DNA from: Patescibacteria group bacterium
GTDB taxonomy: Bacteria > Patescibacteriota > Microgenomatia > UBA1400 > PJMF01
Direction: 5' to 3'
NCBI GenBank assembly: GCA_045541795.1
Contig: JAZQJV010000018.1
Location: 197,134-261,133, forward strand
DNA: 64,000 nucleotides
This document shows positions 37,196 through 47,470 of this stretch, piece by piece (position 1 is the stretch's first letter; every line of letters starts with the position of its first letter). The notes beneath the pieces are model-generated. The model ran no database searches. It was given only the letters and a program-made list of their open reading frames with translations, and was not told the origin of the DNA. Made by a program: the position numbers and the translations under genes.

Positions 37196-39057
37196 GCTCA
37201 TCACCACGTCCCGCCTCCAAAATTTCCTGGAAACTGTTGCGTCGGCTCTTGCGCCAGATCTGGCCATTCCGTCGTCGCTTTTTACTGGTCTTGGCGTTGA
37301 TTATCATCGCTAATGCCGACACGGTCCTTAGTTCCGTCTATACGGGTATCCTGATTGACAAATACATCACACCCATGCTAGCCACAGGGAGTCAAGATTT
37401 TGGCCCGCTGGCATTGTCAGTCACGTCAATGGCAGTGATTTATCTGGTGGGTATCGTCGTCAGTTTTTTGTCTGAATACTTGATGATCCCGGTCACGCAG
37501 GGCGTGCTCAAAAACGTGCGTGACAAAATGTTTGCCAAAATGCAGACGCTACCGCTGGAATATTTCGACAATAATAAGTTTGGTGACATCATGAGCCGTT
37601 TTACCAATGATACTGATACCCTCGAGCAAATGATCGGCCGCTCCGTGCCCAATGCGATCATGTCGCTGACGATGATCGCGCTTGTTTTCGTCACCATGCT
37701 TTGCCAAAGCCTGATCCTCACTCTAGTGGCGGTGAGCGTGATCGTCGTGATGATGATTTTTTCTGGGCGGATCATGCGGCTTTCGGCTCGCTATTTTGTC
37801 GCCCATCAAAAGTCTTTGGGCGATACCAACGCCCACATCGAAGAAGCGATTAACGGCCAAAAAGTGATCAAAGTATTTGGCCACGAAAAAGCTACCGTGC
37901 GCGAATTTGCCGCCCTTAATGACAAACTCGCCGAAAATAACCGTCGGGCCAACACTTTTGCCAATGTACTAATGCCTTTGATGATGAATTTTGGCAACCT
38001 CCAGTACGTGGCCATTGCCATCGTTGGCGGCATCTTGGCGGTAAACGGTCAGGCTGGTGTCACTCTCGGGCTGATCGCCACCTTCACTCAGCTTTCGCGC
38101 AATCTTTCACGTCCTATTAGTATGGTTTCCCAGCAAATTAATTCTATCGTCATGGCCCTAGCGGGAGCGGAGCGCATTTTCCAGCTGATTGATGAACAAC
38201 CAGAAATTGATGACGGCAAAATCGTGCTGGTGGACGCCAAACTCGACCACGGCCATCTAGTAGAAAGTCCGTCGCGCACAGGAATCTGGGCCTGGAAAAA
38301 GCCCGACGGCGCTCTGGTGAGGCTTCGCGGCGACGTGCGCTTCCAGCACGTCCGCTTTGGCTATACGCCGGGCAAGCTAGCGCTGGATGACGTCACCTTT
38401 TTCGCCGAGCCCGGACAAAAAATCGCTTTTGTCGGCCATACTGGCGCCGGCAAGACTACCATCACCAATCTGCTCAACCGTTTTTACGACATCAACGAAG
38501 GGGAAATCCTATATGACGGTATCAATATCCGTGACATCAAAAAAGCAGATCTGCGCCGTTCTCTCGGTATGGTGCTGCAAGACACCAATCTTTTCACCGG
38601 CTCGGTGCGAGAAAATATCGCTTACGGCGCCCCACGCTCAGATATGGCTCTGGTAGAAAAAGCTGCCCAGACCGCCTGCGCCAGTAATTTTATCGCTCAT
38701 TTGCCCGAAGGCTTTGATACTAAGCTATCTGGAGACGGCTCTGATCTCTCACAAGGCCAGCGCCAGCTACTCTCTATCAGTCGCGCGGCACTAATTGATC
38801 CGCCGGTGATGATCCTAGACGAAGCCACCTCAAGTATAGATACCCGCACTGAGCGCCACATCCAGCAAGGCATGGACAATCTCATGGCTGGCCGCACCAC
38901 CTTAGTGATCGCTCATCGGCTCTCTACAGTGAGGGATGCTCGCGCGATCATCGTCATGGATCACGGCCACATTATCGAAAGCGGCTCACACGCCAAACTC
39001 ATGGCTGCCAAAGGCACTTATTATCAGTTGTATACTGGAGCATTTGAACTAGAGTAG
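37192..39057 (+). CDS. ABC transporter, fused permease/ATP-binding subunit; partner of upstream gene (heterodimeric exporter)
   Basis: Overlaps the upstream ABC gene by 4 bp. Walker A GHTGAGKTT, signature LSQGQRQLL, Walker B MILDEATSSID. Confidence 0.85.
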   Translation: MSSSPRPASKISWKLLRRLLRQIWPFRRRFLLVLALIIIANADTVLSSVYTGILIDKYITPMLATGSQDFGPLALSVTSMAVIYLVGIVVSFLSEYLMIPVTQGVLKNVRDKMFAKMQTLPLEYFDNNKFGDIMSRFTNDTDTLEQMIGRSVPNAIMSLTMIALVFVTMLCQSLILTLVAVSVIVVMMIFSGRIMRLSARYFVAHQKSLGDTNAHIEEAINGQKVIKVFGHEKATVREFAALNDKLAENNRRANTFANVLMPLMMNFGNLQYVAIAIVGGILAVNGQAGVTLGLIATFTQLSRNLSRPISMVSQQINSIVMALAGAERIFQLIDEQPEIDDGKIVLVDAKLDHGHLVESPSRTGIWAWKKPDGALVRLRGDVRFQHVRFGYTPGKLALDDVTFFAEPGQKIAFVGHTGAGKTTITNLLNRFYDINEGEILYDGINIRDIKKADLRRSLGMVLQDTNLFTGSVRENIAYGAPRSDMALVEKAAQTACASNFIAHLPEGFDTKLSGDGSDLSQGQRQLLSISRAALIDPPVMILDEATSSIDTRTERHIQQGMDNLMAGRTTLVIAHRLSTVRDARAIIVMDHGHIIESGSHAKLMAAKGTYYQLYTGAFELE

Positions 39058-39070
39058 GGGAGAGGAAAAA

Positions 39071-39793
39071 ATGAGCGATAAACCGGCACTTTTTGCACAA
39101 AAACAGTTTTTGTTTCCGTATCAGTATAAATTTCCCGGCCAGGACAGTCGTGAAGTCATCCTGTATGCCACCCGTGAGTCCCAAAAACTCCTGTTTATCC
39201 GTTATGCTTGGCTCCTGTTGGCGGGGATTTTTGTCATCTGCATGATCTGGTGGTTGTGCCTTGTGATGATACCCGATCTCTTGCCCGCGCTGCCGGGCCA
39301 GATGTTGGCCGTCATTTTTTCCGTAGTAATTCTCGCCTGCCTGAGCCTCATCTGGTATTACTTGACTCACACCTGGACAAAAACCGTCGGCATCCTTACC
39401 AATTATCGTCTCGTCAAAATCGTCCAGTACGGCCTTTTTAATCACGCCACCCAGACACTCCCACTAGACGAAGTCGTAGACACCAGTGTGGGCAACAAAA
39501 AGTTCTGGGAACGTCTCCTGGGTGTGTCCACCTTTACCGCCCGCTCGTCGGCGGCCAGTTCTGGCCTAGCGACAGATGACGCTAGTGAGGGTAAATTTCG
39601 CATCAACAAAAAATACTTTTACTGGGAAAATATCGAGTACGGGGAAGACTTCGAAAATTACCTCCACAAGATCCTCAAACTCAAGCGGGAAAACCCCACC
39701 ATTGATCTGACTGCGTTCCGCCCCTTTATCGGCCAGCTCAAAGGTGAACAGCGTGAGTGGTTTATGCGCCAATTCCCAGATTACTGGAGTTAG
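39071..39793 (+). CDS. Membrane protein with bacterial PH (YdbT/DUF304-like) domain
   Basis: Two TM helices followed by a bPH-like domain. Translationally coupled to the ABC pair. Confidence 0.5.
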   Translation: MSDKPALFAQKQFLFPYQYKFPGQDSREVILYATRESQKLLFIRYAWLLLAGIFVICMIWWLCLVMIPDLLPALPGQMLAVIFSVVILACLSLIWYYLTHTWTKTVGILTNYRLVKIVQYGLFNHATQTLPLDEVVDTSVGNKKFWERLLGVSTFTARSSAASSGLATDDASEGKFRINKKYFYWENIEYGEDFENYLHKILKLKRENPTIDLTAFRPFIGQLKGEQREWFMRQFPDYWS

Positions 39794-39828
39794 AGCTGAG
39801 CCGAGTAATCACAAACCAGATGCAGCCA

Positions 39829-39868
39829 AAAATTGCCTCTTGACAAAACCGCCAAAATATGATATAAT
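39829..39868 (+). promoter_or_regulatory. Extended promoter motif AAAATTGCCTCTTGACAAAA-N-TATGATATAAT
   Basis: -35 at 39840-39845, -10 at 39863-39868, spacing 17. Confidence 0.6.
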
Positions 39869-39985
39869 AGGATTTCGTTTGATCGGCTATACTCAGGCAG
39901 TGGACGTCGGTCATGCTCTTTGAGAGGTGATTGACAAATGTGAAATAGCTGACAGACAAAATCTATCATAAAGAGGTGGAGCGTA

Positions 39986-40501
39986 ATGTTAGCGTACTCA
40001 AAACCCAGCAATGGGAAAGTACAGTGGTATCAGGACGAGACCGGTAGGATCATGAATCCGGTGGATCCTGACGACATGACGAAGGGCTTGAGATTTTACG
40101 AGGTTTTGCCCCACCCAACACAAGGTAACCCCGTAATCTATCAGGCGACAGGAGGAGAAGTTTTCCTCACGGTTATCGTCGGCCCCATGCTCATCGTCTG
40201 TGAACCGGAAACGGTTTACGGCGAAAACATGGACGTTGTCGGGCAGTTTCGTGTGGTACGGCGGAGTTTGGATAATCCAGACACCATCGTGCCGGCTGAC
40301 AAAACCTTCCTGGGAGAGGTTTATGCCAATTCCCAGAGAATTGTTGGAGCGCCGGAAAGGCTCTATCTGGTACGGCTGGCAAGCCCACCGGACGGTAAGT
40401 TTGTCTTCCGGACTGTCCGCGAAGTAATCCAGAGTCGGGACGGCTTCGGTATTGTCGCCGTGGCCAAAGCGCTGGAGCTTGGTTTACTTGAACTTAAGTG
40501 A
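39986..40501 (+). CDS. Hypothetical protein (171 aa)
   Basis: Intact ORF with promoter, 115-nt leader and a strong terminator at 40576-40599. Confidence 0.45.
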   Translation: MLAYSKPSNGKVQWYQDETGRIMNPVDPDDMTKGLRFYEVLPHPTQGNPVIYQATGGEVFLTVIVGPMLIVCEPETVYGENMDVVGQFRVVRRSLDNPDTIVPADKTFLGEVYANSQRIVGAPERLYLVRLASPPDGKFVFRTVREVIQSRDGFGIVAVAKALELGLLELK

Positions 40502-40575
40502 TTTTTGAATTTTGCTATTAACGTGTTCGCGGCCCAAAAGTGGCCGCTAACCATTGTAAACGCCTCCTGAAATGT

Positions 40576-40599
40576 GCCCCCGCGAAGCGGGGGCTTTTT
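40576..40599 (+). terminator. Rho-independent terminator (GCCCCCGCGAAGCGGGGGC + TTTTT)
   Basis: Perfect 7-bp GC stem followed by a T5 run. Confidence 0.75.
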
Positions 40600-40786
40600 A
40601 ATTTAAATTACCGCTCTCGCTCGCGCTTTGCTGCCAGCTGCCCAGCTGATCTATTAGCGCCTGGGTATTGCTACCCGCCGGGTGATACAGTGGCGAAAAA
40701 TCAGACATCAAAAACAAGAATCCTGCCATAATTACTACCGTCGTGATGGTTGCGCCTATAAGCCAGTTTCTTTCTTGCTTGGTCAT
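40598..40786 (-). CDS. Small membrane protein downstream of secF (62 aa)
   Basis: Overlaps the secF stop by 4 bp (operonic). Single TM helix. Confidence 0.3.
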   Translation of the reverse strand: MTKQERNWLIGATITTVVIMAGFLFLMSDFSPLYHPAGSNTQALIDQLGSWQQSASESGNLN

Positions 40787-41676
40787 TGTTTTTTCTCCTT
40801 ACTCTGGAACCAGTTTTTACCACGAAACAATATCAAAAGCGGGATCGAAGTAAAAGGTGATGAATAAGTACCAAAGATCACGCCCAAAAGCAGTGCCAAA
40901 CTAAATGAGCGTAATGTCACGCCTCCCAGCAGCAAAAGTGACAAAAGCATAAAGACTACTGTCAGCGAATTATTAAATGACCGGGAAATTGTTGCCGTCA
41001 CTGCCGCCTCACAGACACTTACAAAATCCGCATGGGGAAATTTTCGCTGCAGCTCACGAATCCGATCATAAATCACTACAGTGTCATGCACAGAAAAGGA
41101 AATCGTCGTCAGCATCGCGGTCACAAAAAGAGTGTCTACTTCCACACCCCGCGCCCAGCCCAAGATACTGTAAATCCCACAAATAATCGTCACGTCATGG
41201 ACGACGCCGAGTAAAGCGCCCATCCCATAAGCGAGATTATGAAAACGGTAATACAAATAAGCTACCAGCACTAGTGATGCCAGCAAAATCGCGACAAAAG
41301 TCTTGCGCAAAAGTTCCGCTCCCATCGTCGCGCCCACAGCCTCAAAACTGACTTGCTCGACTAATACCTGCTCATTTAATGCTGACAACAAGTCATTTTT
41401 CTGCTCATTAGTCATTTCGGCCGTGCGGATAATGCTCTGGCCAGCGTCGTTTTGCTTGATACTAGAAATCTTATAATCATCAGGAATCATTTCGCGCAGG
41501 CTAGCCTCACTCAGCAATGCCGCTTGGCTGGCTTCTACCGCTTCAATAGTCAGGATCGAGCCGCCCGTGAAATCTATTCCTGGCCGCAAACCTTTAAAAA
41601 TAAGCGAAATTAACCCCGGCACTAAGAAAAAAGCCGAAATCACAAAGTAAATCCAGTAGTGCTTATAAAATTTCAC
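40783..41676 (-). CDS. secF: Protein translocase subunit SecF
   Basis: Six-TM SecF topology with the conserved periplasmic loop and FSVHDTVVIYDRIRE motif. Coupled to secD. Confidence 0.85.
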   Translation of the reverse strand: MKFYKHYWIYFVISAFFLVPGLISLIFKGLRPGIDFTGGSILTIEAVEASQAALLSEASLREMIPDDYKISSIKQNDAGQSIIRTAEMTNEQKNDLLSALNEQVLVEQVSFEAVGATMGAELLRKTFVAILLASLVLVAYLYYRFHNLAYGMGALLGVVHDVTIICGIYSILGWARGVEVDTLFVTAMLTTISFSVHDTVVIYDRIRELQRKFPHADFVSVCEAAVTATISRSFNNSLTVVFMLLSLLLLGGVTLRSFSLALLLGVIFGTYSSPFTSIPLLILFRGKNWFQSKEKKQ

Positions 41677-43046
41677 GCTGCACCTCCGTTATCAGCTTGC
41701 AAACTATCTCCCCCGCGCAGGAAAACTCTAGTCAAGGTCCGCGTCACAAATATCCCCGTAAAAAGTCCAGTGACAACTCCTACAAAAAGCGTCATCCCAA
41801 ACCCGCGGATCGTACCAGAGCTTGCCAGAAATCCAAAATCAAGCGGATTAATGAGAATCAGGGCGATCATCAAGGTGATGAAATTGGCATCTTTAATGCT
41901 GTCCATCGCCCGACCAAAACTAAGCTCCCGGGCTTCATCGGTGTCATGATCAAGCAGTTCTTCTTCCTTCATCCGCGAGAAAACCAAGATATTTGAATCC
42001 ACCGCCATCCCCATCGTGATCATCACGGCGGCGATCGCGGGTAGTGTCATCGTCACGCCCAGTACCTTGTAAAGCGCGATCAAGATCAAGCAGTAAATCG
42101 CCAGGCAAGCATCAGCAATCAGACCCTTGCGGCCATAATTAAGTACCATAAACACCGCAATCAAGGTCAGCCCTACCATCCCGGCAAAGATACTGGCGCG
42201 CACACTGTCTTCACCCAAAGATGCGCCTACTTGAGACTGCGATAAAATCGTCAGTGGTACCGGCAGCGCGCCTGAATTGAGTTGCACGGCCAAAGCCTTA
42301 GCTTGCTCGCTAGTAAAACCGCCCGTAATTACCGCCTGACCGTCCAAAATCGGCGTATTAATCGTCGGCATCATAATCGGATAGCCGTCAATAAAAATAC
42401 CTAAATACCCGCCGACATTATTACTTGTGATCTCGCCAAAAAGCTGGCGGCCTTCTTCATTAAATGACAGCGCTACCACCTGCTGATGAGTTTGACTATC
42501 GAGTGTGGCTACCGCTCGCTCCAACATCCGGCCGTCAAGCCCCGTGGGAATAAATAAGTCATCAATACTCGCCGCCATCGTGGCGTCAAGGTTTTGCAAA
42601 CGGAAATCCAGTTGGGCAGTAGTCCCAATCAGCGCCAAAGCATCATCAACATTATTGACGCCTGGTAATTCCACAATCAAGCGGTACTGGTCACCATTGA
42701 TAGACGTCTGGATGATCGGCTCGGTCAAGCCGTAGGCGTCTACCCGAGTACGTACGATTTCCATCGCCGACTCAAGTGCCGTGAGCCGGTCATCACTAGG
42801 GATTTGGCTCATATCCGCTTGTAAAATCAGCTGCGTCCCACCGGCAATATCCAATCCGAGAGATAGAGGAAAGTCAAGGTTTGGCCTCAGGCCAAAAAAA
42901 GACGGCAGCGCCCGAGATTTGACAAAATTCACTTCACGGCCAAAAGCTCTAAAGCTAAACTGTCCCGGCAGGGCGATGAAAAAAGACACCAAAATCACCG
43001 CCATCACTATGAAATAATCTCGTACCAATTTGCTCTTCTTCCACAT
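41673..43046 (-). CDS. secD: Protein translocase subunit SecD
   Basis: SecD periplasmic domain and C-terminal six-TM bundle (MGMAVDSNILVFSRMKEE). Start set at the internal ATG 43046. Confidence 0.85.
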   Translation of the reverse strand: MWKKSKLVRDYFIVMAVILVSFFIALPGQFSFRAFGREVNFVKSRALPSFFGLRPNLDFPLSLGLDIAGGTQLILQADMSQIPSDDRLTALESAMEIVRTRVDAYGLTEPIIQTSINGDQYRLIVELPGVNNVDDALALIGTTAQLDFRLQNLDATMAASIDDLFIPTGLDGRMLERAVATLDSQTHQQVVALSFNEEGRQLFGEITSNNVGGYLGIFIDGYPIMMPTINTPILDGQAVITGGFTSEQAKALAVQLNSGALPVPLTILSQSQVGASLGEDSVRASIFAGMVGLTLIAVFMVLNYGRKGLIADACLAIYCLILIALYKVLGVTMTLPAIAAVMITMGMAVDSNILVFSRMKEEELLDHDTDEARELSFGRAMDSIKDANFITLMIALILINPLDFGFLASSGTIRGFGMTLFVGVVTGLFTGIFVTRTLTRVFLRGGDSLQADNGGAA

Positions 43047-43204
43047 AACAATACGAGCGAGTATACCACAAAATTGACGAGTAAAAACAAGCAAAATTGA
43101 CGCAGTTTTTGCGGAAATAATCAGACCGTCAAAATCCTCAGTCATAATTAGCAGAAAAAGCACAATTTTGCTAAAACTGCCCCCGATTTTTTCATCACGC
43201 CTGG

Positions 43205-43243
43205 AAATTGCCTCTTGACAAATTAGCAGTCATCTGCTAGAAT
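43205..43243 (+). promoter_or_regulatory. Extended promoter motif (AAATTGCCTCTTGACA-N17-TAGAAT) upstream of dnaK
   Basis: -35 at 43215-43220, -10 at 43238-43243. A second promoter TTGACC-N17-TACAAT lies at 43284-43312. Confidence 0.55.
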
Positions 43244-43249
43244 TGCTAA
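43223..43249 (+). promoter_or_regulatory. CIRCE-like inverted repeat (HrcA operator candidate) inside the dnaK promoter spacer
   Basis: TTAGCAGTC-N9-AATTGCTAA against the CIRCE consensus TTAGCACTC-N9-GAGTGCTAA: left arm matches 8 of 9, right arm 6 of 9. Confidence 0.45.
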
Positions 43250-43328
43250 TATTGACAAACAGACATTCACCAATTGACCAGCGCGGTCAAAGGTGATACA
43301 ATCTGACAATTAGAAAGGAAAAATTATT

Positions 43329-45242
43329 ATGTCAAAAATTATAGGTATAGATCTCGGCACAACTAATTCCGCCGTGGCAGTCATGGAAGGCGGACGAGCA
43401 AAAATCATCCCCACGGCTGAAGGCCGCAACACTTTCCCCTCCATCGTGAGCTTCAAGAAAGGTGAAACTACTGTCGGCGATGCCGCCAAACGGCAAATGG
43501 TTTTAAATCCCAAAAACACCGTCAATTCGGTAAAGCGTTTTATGGGCCAAAAATATAATGCTACTCCAGTGCAAAACGCCATCAAACATGTCGCTTATGA
43601 CGTGGCTACTGGTAAAGACGGCATGGCTGTGATCCAAGCAGACGGCTCACAGCTGACGCCACAAGAAATTTCTGCCAAGATCCTGCAAAAAGCCAAAGCA
43701 GATGCCGAAGCTTATCTGGGCGGTAACGTCGACCGCGCCGTCATCACCGTGCCGGCGTATTTTGACGACTCCCAACGGCAAGCCACCAAGCAAGCCGGTG
43801 AAATCGCCGGCCTTAAGGTAGAGCGGATCGTCAACGAGCCGACTGCCGCTGCTCTGGCTTACGGTCTCGATAAAAAGGGCAATAGCAAGATCGCTGTTTA
43901 TGACCTTGGCGGTGGTACCTTTGACATCTCTATCCTGGAAATCGGTGATGGCGTCTTTGAGGTAAAATCCACCAATGGTGACACCTTCTTGGGCGGTGAT
44001 GACTTTGACAACAAGATCATCGAATGGATCGTGGACGAATTCAAAAAAGAAAACGGCAAAGATCTCGCCAAAGATCCGCAAGCCTTACAACGGGTAAAAG
44101 ACGCGGCCGAAAAAGCCAAAATCGAGCTGTCAGCGACCATGAGTAGTGAAATCAATCTGCCCTTTATCACTCAGTCAGATGAAGGTACGCCGTTGCACCT
44201 CACGATGACCCTCACTCGGGCCAAACTCGAGGAGCTTACTGACGAACTCATTCAGCGCACCTTCAAGCCCGTGCAAGCGGCCCTCAAAGATGCCAAACTC
44301 TCTCCAGGCGACATCAACAATATCGTCCTGGTGGGTGGCATGACCCGTATGCCCAAGGTAGTGAGCGAAGTGGAGAAGTTCTTTGGCAAAAAACCAGAGC
44401 AAGGCGTCAATCCAGACGAAGTAGTCGCCATCGGCGCGGCCGTACAGGCAGGTGTCATCGGCGGTGACGTCCAAGACGTCGTGTTGCTTGATGTCACGCC
44501 GCTCACACTCGGTGTGGAAACTCTGGGCGGTATCCGCACTCCGATTATCAACCGCAATACCACCATCCCCACCAGCGGTAATCAGGTCTTTTCTACGGCC
44601 GCTGATAATCAAACCAGTGTGGAAATCAACGTCCTCCAGGGCGAGCGCGAAATGGCGGCAGACAACAAATCTCTGGGTCGGTTCGTCCTCTCTGGCATTC
44701 CCCCAGCGCCGCGCGGCATCCCGCAAGTGGAAGTTACCTTTGACATCGACTCCAACGGTATCCTCAAGGTCTCAGCCAAGGATCGCACCAGCGGTAAGGA
44801 AGCCAACATCACCATCTCCAACTCCACCAATCTCTCAGATGAGGAAGTGGAAAAGATGAAAAAAGAGGCCGAAATGCACGCTGAGGAAGACAAGGCCAAA
44901 AAAGAGCTGATTGAAGCCAAAAATCAAGCTTCCAGTGTCGCCTTTGAGATGGAAAAACAGCTCAAAGAATACGGCGATAAGCTCGAGGAGGCCGACCGCA
45001 AAAACATCGCTGATAACATCGAAGCGCTCAAAAAACTCGCCGAGTCTGATTCTACCACCAAGGAAGAATTAGAAAAAGCGATCGAAGACACGATGAAGAG
45101 TGCTCAAAAGATCGGCGAAGCGATGCAAAAGGCAAATGCGGCCACCGCCGGTAGCAATAATGCTGCTGCCAACGAGCCTAAAGCTGACGCTAGCACTGTC
45201 AGCAAAGACGGCGATGTCGTGGAAGGTGAGGTCGTCAGCTAA
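43329..45242 (+). CDS. dnaK: Molecular chaperone DnaK (Hsp70)
   Basis: [18 protein letters not shown] and the full Hsp70 architecture. Terminator at 45267-45291. Confidence 0.95.
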   Translation: MSKIIGIDLGTTNSAVAVMEGGRAKIIPTAEGRNTFPSIVSFKKGETTVGDAAKRQMVLNPKNTVNSVKRFMGQKYNATPVQNAIKHVAYDVATGKDGMAVIQADGSQLTPQEISAKILQKAKADAEAYLGGNVDRAVITVPAYFDDSQRQATKQAGEIAGLKVERIVNEPTAAALAYGLDKKGNSKIAVYDLGGGTFDISILEIGDGVFEVKSTNGDTFLGGDDFDNKIIEWIVDEFKKENGKDLAKDPQALQRVKDAAEKAKIELSATMSSEINLPFITQSDEGTPLHLTMTLTRAKLEELTDELIQRTFKPVQAALKDAKLSPGDINNIVLVGGMTRMPKVVSEVEKFFGKKPEQGVNPDEVVAIGAAVQAGVIGGDVQDVVLLDVTPLTLGVETLGGIRTPIINRNTTIPTSGNQVFSTAADNQTSVEINVLQGEREMAADNKSLGRFVLSGIPPAPRGIPQVEVTFDIDSNGILKVSAKDRTSGKEANITISNSTNLSDEEVEKMKKEAEMHAEEDKAKKELIEAKNQASSVAFEMEKQLKEYGDKLEEADRKNIADNIEALKKLAESDSTTKEELEKAIEDTMKSAQKIGEAMQKANAATAGSNNAAANEPKADASTVSKDGDVVEGEVVS

Positions 45243-45266
45243 ACTACTGACAAAATCCAAAATGAA

Positions 45267-45291
45267 ACAGCCCCCGAAAGGGGCTGTTTTA
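45267..45291 (+). terminator. Rho-independent terminator of dnaK (ACAGCCCCGAAAGGGGCTGT + TTTT)
   Basis: GC hairpin followed by a T-run. Confidence 0.75.
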
Positions 45292-45457
45292 GTCTATTGT
45301 CAAGAAAGCGCGTCTCGTCATCTTAAAGCCTAGCAGCGTGTAGGCCGCCAGGCCAAATTCGATCAGCATCGTCGCCAACATTACTGGCGGCGAAAAACAG
45401 TACAAATGCTTTTTGTGAGTACTCATGATTTTTTGTATGCCCATATTATACCACTAA

Positions 45458-46414
45458 TTAGGCATTGTCTAAGATCTGTTTGATGATTGCTGCCACCGTC
45501 GGCACGCTCACGCTATTGCCCAGCATGGCATAAAGCTGTGCCTCCCGCAAACTTCCCGGCAGCACAAATGACTCCGGCAGGCCCTGCAACCGGGCGCACT
45601 CCCGAGGTGTGAGCTGGCGTACGCCCTTTTTGTCCACGATAAAGGGCACATTATAGCCGCCCTGGCCCATTGACGCTAGCAGCGTAGGACACACCGGTTC
45701 TGGCGCCGCCCGCAAATAGTAACGCCGCCAAGTATAAATGACCCCGCGCTCCAGTTTTTCGGCCTTGATTTTAGCCGCCACTTTGCCGCCCCGCAAATAA
45801 AAATGCGGCTCTACCCGGTCACTGAGAATACTGGCAAAACTAATCAAATTATTCGTCGCCAGCGGGAAACTAAATTCCCGCGCGCGGGCAGCATCGGCAT
45901 AAGCCACCAGGTATAGCCGTTCTCGGTTTTGCGGCAAACCACAAATATCCCTGGCATTGAGGACCGCATACACGGGGTAATAGCCCGCCGCGGCTAGATG
46001 TTCGAGCATCACCCCAAAAGTCCGCCCACCATCATGCCGCAGCAAATGAGCGACGTTTTCCAAAAGCACCACCGGCGGCCGCACTCTCTCTACCACTTCC
46101 ATCAGCCGAAAAAATAATTGCCCCGCTCCGTCCGGATCGCTAAAGCCTTTTTTGCGCCCAGCCCGGGAAAAAGGCTGACACGGGAAGCCTGCCGTCAGCA
46201 GCTGGAAGTCAAGCTCCTCCAATCGGCGCACCAATTGTTCATCAGTGATGTCTGCCTGTACGCATTCAGTCGGGAAATTTGCCTGGTAAGTCGTCAGGCA
46301 AGCCACATCCCGGTCGCTAGCAAAAATCGGCTCCACGCCCACCATCTGCCCGGCCAGACTAAATCCGCCAATGCCACAAAACAAATCCACCATTTTCCAG
46401 TTTGTCATTATCAT
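45458..46414 (-). CDS. DNA (cytosine-5)-methyltransferase
   Basis: Motif I DLFCGIGGF, motif IV GFPCQPFSRAG, motif VI ENV and motif VIII present. No restriction endonuclease gene adjacent. Confidence 0.8.
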   Translation of the reverse strand: MIMTNWKMVDLFCGIGGFSLAGQMVGVEPIFASDRDVACLTTYQANFPTECVQADITDEQLVRRLEELDFQLLTAGFPCQPFSRAGRKKGFSDPDGAGQLFFRLMEVVERVRPPVVLLENVAHLLRHDGGRTFGVMLEHLAAAGYYPVYAVLNARDICGLPQNRERLYLVAYADAARAREFSFPLATNNLISFASILSDRVEPHFYLRGGKVAAKIKAEKLERGVIYTWRRYYLRAAPEPVCPTLLASMGQGGYNVPFIVDKKGVRQLTPRECARLQGLPESFVLPGSLREAQLYAMLGNSVSVPTVAAIIKQILDNA

Positions 46415-46432
46415 ATTTTACCATATCCCGCA

Positions 46433-46470
46433 AGTTGCCTCTTGACAAAATGACCTATATGTGATATAAT
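46433..46470 (+). promoter_or_regulatory. Extended promoter motif (AAGTTGCCTCTTGACAAAA-N-TGTGATATAAT)
   Basis: -35 at 46443-46448, -10 at 46465-46470, spacing 16. Confidence 0.6.
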
Positions 46471-46565
46471 AAGTTATATTTGGCTCGCGCGCTGATCAAA
46501 ACTGGTCCGCAAAAGTCGGGTCAGCTCTTTGACAGCAAACGAGTAATTTTAAGGAGGTTTTTACT

Positions 46566-47366
46566 TTGGAATTCTGTTTAGTGTTAATGGGCGGTTTGTT
46601 GGCTTTGGTGGGCTTTGGAGCGGTCATCTTTGCGATGTACGCGTTTCTTCAGCCTGGTGGCGGCCCTACGGGGACGATTCTTAATCTAGTAGGTCTGGCA
46701 TTGTTGGTGGCTGCTTTCATGTGTCTGGCCGTACCGGCTGACGCGGCGGTGTCGGAAATGGATTCGGTCTGGAAGACAATTTCAGGAGATTTCGAAGAAA
46801 TCTCCCCAGATGTGAAGCCATTAGTCAGCCTAGACGTGGAGCAACAGTTCCGTAACCTGGCGGAAGCATTGATCCAGGAAAAAGAAATCAAGATTGATTA
46901 CAATTTTGGCAGACAACTGGTGCATCAGACGCTGCCAGAACCGGTCATTATGCCAGCCAAGAAAAGCGTGAACACGCACGCCGACCCCAATAATCCCAGG
47001 CACGTGGAATTTTTAGCGATTGTCATCTATCAAGAGGTCGGCAGTAACTGCTGGGATGACGAATCCCACTTCATGGTGGCCGACATCGTGCTCAATCGTG
47101 TTGAGGACGAAAGATTTCCCGACACAATTCACGAGGTCCTGACGGCCAGAAACCAATTTGGCCGCTTCCACTGGACAGGAGTCGTCTGGCCGCCCAAACA
47201 CAAGCATCCGGTGGAGCAGCAGGAAGTCGCCCGCTGCAAAGATATTGCCAGACGTGCGCTCTCAGGAGAGCACTCGCATATCTACGGTAAAGGGTACGTC
47301 TGGATGGCGAAATTTCGCCAGGGGCGCGATCACATCCGGAAAGCCAACATGTGGTTCGCCCGCTGA
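46566..47366 (+). CDS. Membrane-anchored SleB-like cell-wall hydrolase (Hydrolase_2 domain)
   Basis: Two N-terminal TM helices. C-terminal VEFLAIVIYQEVGS...FMVADIVLNRVEDERFPDTIHEVL...QF matches the SleB/CwlJ catalytic domain pattern. Terminator at 47401-47422. Confidence 0.55.
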   Translation: MEFCLVLMGGLLALVGFGAVIFAMYAFLQPGGGPTGTILNLVGLALLVAAFMCLAVPADAAVSEMDSVWKTISGDFEEISPDVKPLVSLDVEQQFRNLAEALIQEKEIKIDYNFGRQLVHQTLPEPVIMPAKKSVNTHADPNNPRHVEFLAIVIYQEVGSNCWDDESHFMVADIVLNRVEDERFPDTIHEVLTARNQFGRFHWTGVVWPPKHKHPVEQQEVARCKDIARRALSGEHSHIYGKGYVWMAKFRQGRDHIRKANMWFAR

Positions 47367-47423
47367 CGACCCTGTAAAAAATACTCGTTTCGTCATTTGC
47401 CCCGCACTGCGGGGCTTTTTTTA

Positions 47424-47462
47424 AAATTGCCTCTTGACAAAATGACCAAAGTATGCTATAAT
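47424..47462 (+). promoter_or_regulatory. Extended promoter motif (AAAATTGCCTCTTGACAAAA-N-TGCTATAAT)
   Basis: -35 at 47434-47439, -10 at 47457-47462, spacing 17. Confidence 0.6.
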
Positions 47463-47470
47463 AATATATT

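Noticed and set aside
45292-45444. 51-aa minus-strand ORF downstream of dcm as a possible tiny restriction or Vsr partner
   Set aside because: Too short for any endonuclease or Vsr fold, with no motif. Noted only as a possible small protein.
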